From assembly GCA_025340205.1 (NCBI GenBank), contig CP006868.1, positions 1,110,001 through 1,142,000 on the forward strand: DNA of 32,000 bases. The letters run 5' to 3'. The notes beneath the pieces are model-generated. The model ran no database searches and was not told where the DNA came from. It saw nothing but the letters and a program-made list of their open reading frames with translations. The number at the start of each line of letters is the position of its first letter. The first letter of the stretch is position 1. This document shows, piece by piece, positions 1 to 6,993 of the stretch. The stretch comes from Ignicoccus pacificus DSM 13166. Lineage in GTDB: Archaea; Thermoproteota; Thermoprotei_A; Sulfolobales; Ignicoccaceae. The position numbers and the translations under genes were made by a program.

Positions 1-699
1 GCAGAACCTCACGTTTATCGGCCTTTTACTCCATAAAGAGCACGAAGGTATTAGGCACACCCTCTTAGCCCTCATCTCCTCGCACTTCTTGACTAACCTA
101 TCAACCTTCTTGAAGAGCACACATTTCCCATCTTGAAACTTGACGCAGGAGTAAGTACTCTCCCAGACACTCTTCCACTTTACGCATTCGAGCTTCCCAT
201 ATCCCCAGAGCTGGCATGAGCTTTGGGCGCAATAGTCCACCCAGAAGGTCTTGCTTTCTTCCTTCAAGCACTTCTCTTTCAGAACCCTTTCAACGGGATA
301 CGCGTTCTGGAAGTGGATCAGTACTGGAACCTTGGAATCCTTGGAGTAAGGTCTAACTAAGAGCTTGTTTCCTTCCACCTTAACCTCGACGAAGGTCCCC
401 GGAAAGGGTACCTTCCCCAAATACCCAATTCCCTCGAACCCATCGTAGAGGTAAGTTATTTTTACCACTTCGCTCTCCGCAACGATTTTCAACTTTATGA
501 CCTTCTCCCCGCTTACGTAGCCCTTCCACGAGAAGGTTTGGGAGCCGTCGGGGAGGTGAGCTCCGGCGAAGCTCATTTGAAAGGCTTGCATCCCGTTACC
601 CTTTATGACTATCAGTAGCTCTATTCCGTTGCCCGGCGAGACCCTTCCGACCGGCACTACCGTTAAAGCGCTGACCAACGGGATAAGCATCAGTACCAT
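1..699 (-). CDS. Hypothetical secreted protein, Cys-rich C-terminal part; 3' end runs off the left edge (partial)
   Basis: Not in the ORF track because it is truncated. My hand translation of the minus strand from ATG at 699 gives MVLMLIPLVSALTVVPVGRVSPGNG... It stays open to base 1 (233 codons). The N-terminus looks like a hydrophobic signal peptide. Later sequence has many Cys (CAQSSCQLWGYGKLEC..C..C..). Confidence 0.5.
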   Translation of the reverse strand, partial: MVLMLIPLVSALTVVPVGRVSPGNGIELLIVIKGNGMQAFQMSFAGAHLPDGSQTFSWKGYVSGEKVIKLKIVAESEVVKITYLYDGFEGIGYLGKVPFPGTFVEVKVEGNKLLVRPYSKDSKVPVLIHFQNAYPVERVLKEKCLKEESKTFWVDYCAQSSCQLWGYGKLECVKWKSVWESTYSCVKFQDGKCVLFKKVDRLVKKCEEMRAKRVCLIPSCSLWSKRPINVRFC

Positions 700-806
700 G
701 AGCCACCTCAAGGAGTACTCCGGGTTAGTTTCTCACCTATGGATCTTATTACTACCGCAGGAACGCTTTATTTACCCTAGCAATCCCTCAAGGAGGGGAA
801 CGATTC

Positions 807-1181
807 ATGGGAAGGGTTAACAAGCCTCTCTCAGCTATTGAGAAGAGGCAAATGAGGCAGTTGCTACAAGATCTGAGGAAGAGGATGATAGAGGAGAGGA
901 AGGCCAAGAGAGGAGTTACCCAGCAAGTGGTCGCCGAGGCTAACGTCGTGGACCAAGCTGCCAAGGTGGTGAGGCACATGAAGTTCGTAACTCCCAGCAT
1001 GCTGGCTGACAAGATGGAGATAAGCATCGGAGTGGCCAAGAGGGTTCTGAGGGACCTAGAGACCAGAGGAGTGCTAAAGCTCTATGCTAAGAACAGGAGG
1101 GTGCAGGTCTACGTTCCTGCCGACAAGTTCGAGAAGCTAGTCAAGCCTGGAGCCTACTCCTACACCGTCGAGGAGATGTAA
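807..1181 (+). CDS. rps25e: 30S ribosomal protein S25e (eS25)
   Basis: 124 aa, basic N-terminus followed by a winged-helix-like block (KFVTPSMLADKMEISIGVAKRVLRDLETRGVLKL) typical of S25e. GGAGG lies about 10 nt upstream of the ATG. A T5 run follows the stop. Confidence 0.85.
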   Translation: MGRVNKPLSAIEKRQMRQLLQDLRKRMIEERKAKRGVTQQVVAEANVVDQAAKVVRHMKFVTPSMLADKMEISIGVAKRVLRDLETRGVLKLYAKNRRVQVYVPADKFEKLVKPGAYSYTVEEM

Positions 1182-1191
1182 GGCCTTTTTG

Positions 1192-1248
1192 CCGATGAAG
1201 GACCTCGATCCCCCTGATCCTTTTATGATGAGGATTGCGCGTACCTGA
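1192..1248 (+). ncRNA. Candidate C/D-box sRNA (2'-O-methylation guide), imperfect C box
   Basis: Box order read directly: C-like cCGATGA (1192-1198), D' CTGA (1214-1217), perfect C' ATGATGA (1225-1231), D CTGA (1245-1248). Spacers are 15, 7 and 13 nt. Total is about 57 nt in the S25e/PAC2 intergenic gap. Confidence 0.3.
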
Positions 1249-1259
1249 GGGGAGAAGGT

Positions 1260-1985
1260 TTGATTCCCGTCGAGTTTTGGGAGAAAGGGGAGAGGCCCCT
1301 CAAGTACTTAGTTGTAGGATTTCATGACGTGGGCTTGGTTGGAATAATTGCTACCAAGCACTTGATAGAGAGCTTGGGTATGGAGGAGGTGGGCGGAATA
1401 GATATTCCATCCGAGCTCCCCATAGCTCCCATAAGGGATGGGTTGGCAAAGTTCCCAATCACTATTTACAAGAAGGATCAATGGGCAGTGTTCTACCCAG
1501 AGGTCCCCTTACCTCCAACGGTTCTCTTCCCAATAGCTCAAGCGATAATGGATTACGCTGCCAGGATGGGTGTGGAGAGGATTATTTCATTAACGGGATT
1601 GGCTAACCCTAATCGTCTAAGGGTGAAGCCGAGCCTTCACTGGATCATAGGGGACGAGGAGATTGAGGAGAAGGAAAAGCTCGAGAGGGAAGGAAAGCCC
1701 TTGAAGGATGGCGTGCTTTACGGACCAACGGCGTTGCTCTTGAAGTTCTCGAAGACTAGGGGAATCCCAGTAGTGGCTCTCTTAGCAGATGCCTTCCCGG
1801 AGTTTCCCGACCCAGGAGCGGCCGCCACCGTCCTAGAGGGTCTGAGCAAGGTTTATGGAATAAGCGTGGATACGAAGAAGCTAATTGAAGACGCTGAGAA
1901 GATAAAGGCAAGGTTGCAAGAGATGGCGAGACAAGCTATGACCGTAATGAAGGAGAGCGGAGCTAGGCCCATGATGTACGCCTAA
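1260..1985 (+). CDS. PAC2-family proteasome assembly chaperone (PbaB-like)
   Basis: 241 aa, TTG start. N-terminal VVGFHDVGLVGIIATKHLI and central GPTALLL...IPVVALLAD...PDPGAAATVLE blocks resemble the archaeal PAC2/DUF75 family. The C-terminus ends MYA, which fits an HbYX motif. Confidence 0.65.
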   Translation: MIPVEFWEKGERPLKYLVVGFHDVGLVGIIATKHLIESLGMEEVGGIDIPSELPIAPIRDGLAKFPITIYKKDQWAVFYPEVPLPPTVLFPIAQAIMDYAARMGVERIISLTGLANPNRLRVKPSLHWIIGDEEIEEKEKLEREGKPLKDGVLYGPTALLLKFSKTRGIPVVALLADAFPEFPDPGAAATVLEGLSKVYGISVDTKKLIEDAEKIKARLQEMARQAMTVMKESGARPMMYA

Positions 1986-1996
1986 GGGGTGAGATC

Positions 1997-2299
1997 ATGA
2001 TATCCCCAAACGGTAAGATGGAACCCCTTCACTACGTGATAGACTATCCCGATCGCTACGAGATACTGATAGACGTTCCCTTAGCGGACGAGAGTACCTT
2101 GACCATAGGTCTCTACAAGAGAGTGTTGAAGGTCAGAGTCAAGCTAAGGGAGAGGTTGGTGATAGAGGAGCACGAGGTAAGGGAGTACGTGAAGAGGATA
2201 ATAGTTCCGGAAGACGCGGAAGAGGAGTACGAGGTAGAGGTAGTTAAGACCGAGGGACCGATAATAGTGGTCACCTTCCCGAAGATAGGGAGGCCATGA
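1997..2299 (+). CDS. Small Hsp20/alpha-crystallin-domain-like protein (tentative)
   Basis: 100 aa. The pattern D.PDRYEILIDVPLADESTLTI...VLKVRV...EYVKRIIVPEDAE...VVTFPKI mirrors the sHSP ACD layout (..Y.v.vDlPG..kedi.v...l.I......f.R...LP..vd....nGvL.i..PK). It sits 11 nt after the PAC2 gene. Confidence 0.35.
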   Translation: MISPNGKMEPLHYVIDYPDRYEILIDVPLADESTLTIGLYKRVLKVRVKLRERLVIEEHEVREYVKRIIVPEDAEEEYEVEVVKTEGPIIVVTFPKIGRP

Positions 2300-2303
2300 C
2301 AGC

Positions 2304-2708
2304 TCAATAATAAATGAATGCTATGCGGAACTCTTGCTTCAGCTGACTTAGTACTTTCTCGATTTCCTTTTCTCTTTTCAAAAACAATGCTTCGGAGTTC
2401 AAGTATTTGGATGTGGACAGAGTAAAGCAGTCTCCTAAGCTTATCGGGTACTTACACTTGCACTCACCCACCTCTTTCCATACCTTCTCTGCTTCTACTA
2501 TCGAAAGCGCCTTTGAAATTAAGGATATCCTCTTCTCGGCCTCTTCTCTTCCAAGACCTCTGCAGATAACGTAGTAGGTCTCAACGAGCGATAGTCTGCT
2601 GGCGTAGAGTAGATCATAATTATTTAGAACGTAATCAATTACATCTGGCTTCCCCAAGGCTATTTCTATGAGAACGCTGGCATCTAAGGTGACTTTAGAA
2701 CCTCTCAT
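2304..2708 (-). CDS. vapC: PIN-domain ribonuclease toxin VapC
   Basis: 134 aa. N-terminal LDASVLIE, a central E in SLVETYYV, and SLGDCFTLSTS give the acidic residues spaced as in PIN domains. Its start overlaps the stop of the upstream small ORF by 14 nt. Confidence 0.75.
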   Translation of the reverse strand: MRGSKVTLDASVLIEIALGKPDVIDYVLNNYDLLYASRLSLVETYYVICRGLGREEAEKRISLISKALSIVEAEKVWKEVGECKCKYPISLGDCFTLSTSKYLNSEALFLKREKEIEKVLSQLKQEFRIAFIYY

Positions 2709-2928
2709 CTTCTTTCCTTCCCTCTTTTAGAAGTCCTTGTAAATCTACGTCGACCCTCATTTCTTTAAGTTTCTCAAGAATCTTTTGTTTGGCTCTCAGC
2801 TTTTCTATTATGAGTTCCTTAATTAGGGAATCGTAGTCCGGCTTTTCTCCTTTTTCTTTCATCTCTTCCCTTAGCAGCTCATCGAGCAGAGCTTTGGTTT
2901 CTTTCCTCAGCTTCACTGTGGTATACAA
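2695..2928 (-). CDS. vapB: VapB-type antitoxin (ribbon-helix-helix-like), start uncertain
   Basis: This is the C-terminal part of the over-extended track ORF 2695..3348. An in-frame TTG at 2928 gives MYTTVKLRKETKALLDELL..., a beta-strand plus helix as in RHH antitoxins. An alternative ATG lies at 2970. The longer ORF would run antisense through the LeuD-like gene. Confidence 0.5.
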   Translation of the reverse strand: MYTTVKLRKETKALLDELLREEMKEKGEKPDYDSLIKELIIEKLRAKQKILEKLKEMRVDVDLQGLLKEGRKEDERF

Positions 2929-3024
2929 GGTATACCCCAGAATAGGAACTTGGTAACCCTTCAAAAGCATTAAGTAATTCCAAAGCGGAACATTCCACAG
3001 CGTTTTTACCGTACTTCTGGGCCC

Positions 3025-3561
3025 TTGAATGGGTGCGAGCGCGTGGTAACCAAGGTGAGAGCTAAGGCGATCAAGGTTGGTGATAACATAGACACCGACG
3101 TAATAATTCCCGGAAGGTACCTCATCTACACCGATCCTGAGACCTTGGGTAGGCACTGCTTCGAGCCGATAATGCCCGACTTCTATGAAAGAAGCAAGAA
3201 GCTGGGAGGAGTGATCGTGGTAGGAGGGAGGAACTTTGGAATGGGAAGCTCCAGGGAGCAAGCGGTGGTGGCGCTCAGGGGAGCGGGAGTTAAGGCGGTC
3301 GTCGCAGAGAGCTTCGCCAGGATATTCTATAGGAACTGCATAAACCAAGGCCTACCTGCCGTTAAGGTTCCCGGAATAAGCAAGGTTGTGGAGGAAGGAG
3401 ATGAGGTTGAGGTAGACCTGGAGGAGGGAGCGGTCAGGGTCTACTCCCCCAGCGGCGAGCTCAAGAAGGAGTTCAAGGTTGCCAAGCTCCCACCCTCTCT
3501 ACTCGAGATCTTGGAGAGCGGCGGTTTGGTGCCTTACCTCAAGAAGAAGATGGTGCAGTAG
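3025..3561 (+). CDS. leuD: 3-isopropylmalate/homoaconitate dehydratase small-subunit-like protein (LeuD family, aconitase swivel domain)
   Basis: KVGDNIDTDVIIPGRYL, GGRNFGMGSSREQA and FARIFYRNCINQGLP are hallmark LeuD motifs. The true start may be GTG at 3043 or 3055 rather than TTG at 3025. Confidence 0.8.
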   Translation: MNGCERVVTKVRAKAIKVGDNIDTDVIIPGRYLIYTDPETLGRHCFEPIMPDFYERSKKLGGVIVVGGRNFGMGSSREQAVVALRGAGVKAVVAESFARIFYRNCINQGLPAVKVPGISKVVEEGDEVEVDLEEGAVRVYSPSGELKKEFKVAKLPPSLLEILESGGLVPYLKKKMVQ

Positions 3562-3563
3562 GG

Positions 3564-4424
3564 ATGAGAGCGGTAGTATTCAAGGGGGACTTAGTAATAG
3601 AGGATAGACCCATACCCCCCGTTCCAGAAGGTCACCTCCTCGTCAAGGTTGAGCGCTCGGTAGTGGGTCCCCTCGAGAGGGGCCTGAAGAGAGGCCTCGT
3701 CTGGGTAGAGCCCGGAAGGGTAGTGGGCATGGAAGGATATGGAAGGGTGGAGGAGACAGGGGCCAACACCAACATAAAGAAAGGAGAGATAGTCTCCTCC
3801 CCCATATTGGTTAACGAGAGCGACATAGTTGGCGTGCACGTGGACGGGTTCTTGGCGGAGTATGCCATCGTTCCCGAAAGCGCTGTAGAGCCCTTGCCCG
3901 AGGGCAGGCCGGAGCACTTGGCCCTAGCCGGAACCGGGGCTCTGGCCTCTTGGCTTAAAGAGAAGCTCGAAGGTTACAGAGCCCTCTTGATAGGAGGGGG
4001 CCTGACAAACGTCCTAACTTCTTTCCTCAGCAATTGGGAAATACCCATACTCTCGTGGGGTCATGAGATAAGCGCTCCGGTGCAGCTGTTCCCGACCATA
4101 GCTTCGGCGTGTACCCAAGAGTGGGATACGGTAGTGGTGTCGGTGTTAGACGCTATGGCTGTAGATACTGCTACCATGTGCGTGAAGGAGGGAGGAACCA
4201 TCATACTCCATCCCTTGGTGGCTTACTCCAAGCACGTCTTCGCCGGCAAGCAAGTGAAGGTGGAGGTGATGCAAAGAAACGAGCTCAGAGAAGGATATGA
4301 GGCAATCTCCAAGCTCCCCTCCCAGCTCTTGAGGGAGTTGGTGGAGTTCAGCGACTCCTTGGATAAGGCCTTGGACTCCAAGGCTTCCAGATCCATTCTG
4401 AAGCCCCCGGTGAGCGGTACTTGA
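3564..4424 (+). CDS. Medium-chain dehydrogenase/reductase (zinc-ADH)-like protein, apparently lacking zinc ligands
   Basis: 286 aa with a GroES-like N-domain (MRAVVFKG...LLVKVE...). The usual GHE motif reads GMEGYG. No catalytic Cys sits at the expected N-terminal position. A Gly-rich LLIGGGLTN stands at the Rossmann site. The ATG is 2 nt after the leuD-like stop. Confidence 0.55.
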   Translation: MRAVVFKGDLVIEDRPIPPVPEGHLLVKVERSVVGPLERGLKRGLVWVEPGRVVGMEGYGRVEETGANTNIKKGEIVSSPILVNESDIVGVHVDGFLAEYAIVPESAVEPLPEGRPEHLALAGTGALASWLKEKLEGYRALLIGGGLTNVLTSFLSNWEIPILSWGHEISAPVQLFPTIASACTQEWDTVVVSVLDAMAVDTATMCVKEGGTIILHPLVAYSKHVFAGKQVKVEVMQRNELREGYEAISKLPSQLLRELVEFSDSLDKALDSKASRSILKPPVSGT

Positions 4425-5614
4425 GAGTTCCAGCCTTCGTGGACACCCACTTCCACCTTTCTTGGACCGCTCGTTCGAACATTGAGCTGAACTTGAAAGA
4501 AGTGAAGACGGTAAAGGAAGTGTTAGAAAAGGTAAAGGAAGAGGATGAGAGAGGAGGAACCTACGGGGGCTGGATAATAGGCTCCCTCCTGTACTTCAAG
4601 ATAGGTAGATCTCTCAACAGGTGGCTCTTGGACGAGGTTACGAGTCTTCCAACCTCAATAGCCACCAGGGACGGACATATGGCCATAGCTAATTCAAAGG
4701 CTATTGAGATAGCTAACGTGAAATGTGGACATCCGGGGGTGGAGTGCGAGGAAGGCGTTCCTACTGGGAGGTTCTTCGACGATGCAATGCTCTTATTGAG
4801 ATCGAAGATGCCGGACCCCCCGGTTAAGAAGCTCTACCAAGCCTATCGAAAGGTATTAGATGAGCTCTATCGGAACGGCTTCCTCCAGATCCACGCTATG
4901 ACGTCTAGGTGGTTCGAATGGGAAATAGTGAAAAAGATGGGTCACAAAGTGGAGGTAATCCCCTACATGAGGTCGGACAGCTTCGTCAGAGGGGCTCCGG
5001 GGGTTAAGCTGTTCGTTGACGGAGTGTTCCTCTATGGTACGGCTATGGTTAATGGGAAGGGTAGGTTAATGACTCCCAAGGAGGAGATCGTCAAGTGGCT
5101 AAAGAGGGCTGAGGAGGAGAACTTCAAGGTGGCGCTCCACGTAATGGGGGACGAAGCCTTGGACTTGGTAATAGAGGCCTACGAGGAGGCGGGCAAGCCT
5201 AAGGGGAGGATGAGGATAGAGCACGCTGCCGTAACTAGGGATGATCAACTCGAGTACTTAGCTGAAGAGGAGATCCCCGTCAGCGTCCAGCCGGGAATAG
5301 TGGACAGCGTGGGACTGGAGGACATGAAGGCGCTGTTAGGCCCTCTATGGAACAGATTCATGAGAGTTAAGGACATGATGGAATACGGCGTCAAGGTTTA
5401 TCATGGAAGCGACAGCCCAGTTGGACCCTGGAGGCTTAAGGACGTACTCAAGTACTACAAGGCGTTAAGCAAGCCGCTTGATCTTGAAGAGGTAGTGAAG
5501 CTGATGAGCACCGGATGGGAGATCCACGGAGGGGAACCAAGAGCTTATGTGGAAGTCCTCGATGATGGAGAGGTAATCGTGGGGGATGAGTTGGCCCGAA
5601 AGGCTGAGCGATGA
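4421..5614 (+). CDS. Metal-dependent amidohydrolase-family protein
   Basis: 397 aa with N-terminal FVDTHFHL (HxH metal motif), then later LHVMGDEA, RIEHA and YHGSDSPV blocks typical of the amidohydrolase superfamily. The TTG start overlaps the upstream TGA. Confidence 0.7.
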   Translation: MRVPAFVDTHFHLSWTARSNIELNLKEVKTVKEVLEKVKEEDERGGTYGGWIIGSLLYFKIGRSLNRWLLDEVTSLPTSIATRDGHMAIANSKAIEIANVKCGHPGVECEEGVPTGRFFDDAMLLLRSKMPDPPVKKLYQAYRKVLDELYRNGFLQIHAMTSRWFEWEIVKKMGHKVEVIPYMRSDSFVRGAPGVKLFVDGVFLYGTAMVNGKGRLMTPKEEIVKWLKRAEEENFKVALHVMGDEALDLVIEAYEEAGKPKGRMRIEHAAVTRDDQLEYLAEEEIPVSVQPGIVDSVGLEDMKALLGPLWNRFMRVKDMMEYGVKVYHGSDSPVGPWRLKDVLKYYKALSKPLDLEEVVKLMSTGWEIHGGEPRAYVEVLDDGEVIVGDELARKAER

Positions 5615-5691
5615 GGAGATTGGCCTTTTACGACCCCGTCGGCGAGAGGAAGATGTCCTCACCCTTCAGCGAAGGGCGTGGTCCTCATCCG

Positions 5692-5865
5692 CTACTTAAC
5701 TATAAACCTGAGGATTATGGCTATAGCTGAGATAGCTACAGCAGCACCTAGGACCGCCTCTGGAGGGACCTTGATCTTGGACTCCGTCTCCTCGTAGAAC
5801 CTCATCAGACCCATGGCGGTTACCAGACCGCTGCTGCTACCCTTCTTCCTCCTCTTCTTAGCCAA
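5692..5865 (-). CDS. secG: Preprotein translocase subunit Sec61beta
   Basis: ..AKKRRKKGSSSGLVTAMGLMRFYEE....PPEAVLGAAVAISAIAIILRFIV is a basic N-terminus, the GL.RFYEE motif and a single C-terminal TM. I prefer the in-frame TTG at 5865 (MAKKRRKK...) over the track start at 5901. Confidence 0.75.
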   Translation of the reverse strand: MAKKRRKKGSSSGLVTAMGLMRFYEETESKIKVPPEAVLGAAVAISAIAIILRFIVK

Positions 5866-5912
5866 AGATCTCTCCCAAAGGCCTTCAATATCTCCCTTCA
5901 AATAAAGCTTTC

Positions 5913-6185
5913 GTGGTGGGAAGGGTGTGCGACTTGAAGGAACTTCAAGGAAGGATAGAGGAACTCTTCTTCAAGAAGGACTGGAACAGGGGAGTAGAGG
6001 GAACCTTCCTTTGGTTCGTCGAGGAGGTAGGAGAGCTTTCCGAGGCTATCTTGAAGGGCGATAGGAGGAAGGTGGAGGAGGAGATGGCCGACGTACTAGC
6101 GTGGCTCCTATCCTTAGCTAACCTACTTAACGTGGACTTGTGCGAGGTCTTCGACAGGAAGTGGGGGATCAAGGGAAGGGAGTGA
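5913..6185 (+). CDS. MazG-like nucleotide pyrophosphohydrolase domain protein
   Basis: 90 aa. EEVGELSEAI ... EEEMADVLAWLLSLAN is the paired EExxE/ExxD helix motif of MazG-type all-alpha NTP pyrophosphatases. Confidence 0.65.
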   Translation: MVGRVCDLKELQGRIEELFFKKDWNRGVEGTFLWFVEEVGELSEAILKGDRRKVEEEMADVLAWLLSLANLLNVDLCEVFDRKWGIKGRE

Positions 6186-6495
6186 GCACTTGCTTGACTA
6201 TGAACCCTCTACACCCCTCGCTCTCGTTGCACTCCATCTCTACGCTGACCTCCTTCAGCACCTCTCCCGGCTCAAGCAGTCCCATTTCATAAGCCAACGC
6301 TCCCAAGGCTTCCTTGAAGTCCTCGAGGAGGCCTAAGGCGGCGGTAGGCTCCAGAGGCCCCCTCCAGAATGCCATTGCGACTACCTTTCTATCGTCAACT
6401 TTCATCATTACCATGTTAGCACCCGATAAGTACTTCAAGGCCCTCGCTACCTTCTCGGCCACCTCCTTCCTGCACATCTCCATCAGCACCGACAT
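6169..6495 (-). CDS. Hypothetical protein (108 aa)
   Basis: Clean ORF with normal composition, immediately downstream of 6519..6926 on the same strand. No motif recognised. A Roadblock/LC7-like size and pattern was considered but is not supportable. Confidence 0.4.
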   Translation of the reverse strand: MSVLMEMCRKEVAEKVARALKYLSGANMVMMKVDDRKVVAMAFWRGPLEPTAALGLLEDFKEALGALAYEMGLLEPGEVLKEVSVEMECNESEGCRGFIVKQVLTPFP

Positions 6496-6518
6496 GTCTG
6501 TAGACGGCGGAACGGCTA

Positions 6519-6926
6519 TTAAGTGGGATACTGTACCTTCTTGGCGTACATTCTAAGAAGGTCCTCTAACTCTTTCAAGTCGCTCCGGTTAACTCCCAAC
6601 AAAAACGGCAAGAGGTCCAAGACCTTAAAAGCCATTTCCAATCTGTACCTTATCCACTCCACATCTCCCTTCTGAAAGGCCAGCTCCAGCTCCGCTCTCA
6701 ACGCTTCAGTCTTCGCTTTTAATAGAAGTTTCTTCCTCTCTATCAGGTCAGAGGAGTCAAGTCTTATCCCTAACCTTTTCAAGAAGCAGATCTGGTAAAC
6801 CTCATTTATTAAGATGTACTCGTTCTCCAAGTCCTCTAGCTCCAGCTCCTCTCCGGAGAGCCTTTCCAGCTCCAAGAACCTCTTGAGTTCCTCCTCCGAG
6901 ACCTCACAAGGAAAGCTCAAGCTCAT
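6519..6926 (-). CDS. Hypothetical protein, helical/coiled-coil-rich (135 aa)
   Basis: ORF with Glu/Leu/Lys-rich heptad-like stretches (EELELEDLENE, KAKTEALRAELELAFQK). No catalytic motif recognised. Confidence 0.4.
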   Translation of the reverse strand: MSLSFPCEVSEEELKRFLELERLSGEELELEDLENEYILINEVYQICFLKRLGIRLDSSDLIERKKLLLKAKTEALRAELELAFQKGDVEWIRYRLEMAFKVLDLLPFLLGVNRSDLKELEDLLRMYAKKVQYPT

Positions 6927-6993
6927 CCCAAGCTCTTGAGACTCCTCAGCTTAAAGGAGCGGAGGAAGTTCCCAAAGCGCTAGGGAAGGACGA

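Noticed and set aside
2695-3348. 217-aa minus-strand ORF
   Set aside because: Only its C-terminal ~77-91 aa look like a VapB-type antitoxin. The rest runs antisense through the strongly supported LeuD-like gene and has a non-protein-like composition.
3591-3917. Numerous 60-125-aa ORFs antisense to or out of frame with strong genes (e.g. 3591..3917, 17271..17504, 17557..17847, 18946..19326, 25032..25214, 25079..25660, 27734..28099, 29328..29699, 31142..31396)
   Set aside because: All are embedded in better-supported longer genes. They have Ser/Pro/Arg/Gly-rich low-complexity translations typical of shadow ORFs in GC-moderate DNA.
5615-5691. Second C/D-box-like layout on the minus strand downstream of Sec61beta (GGATGA ... 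CTGA ... TGAGGA ... CCGA)
   Set aside because: Three of the four boxes deviate from consensus, including the essential D box (CCGA). That is too degenerate to call.
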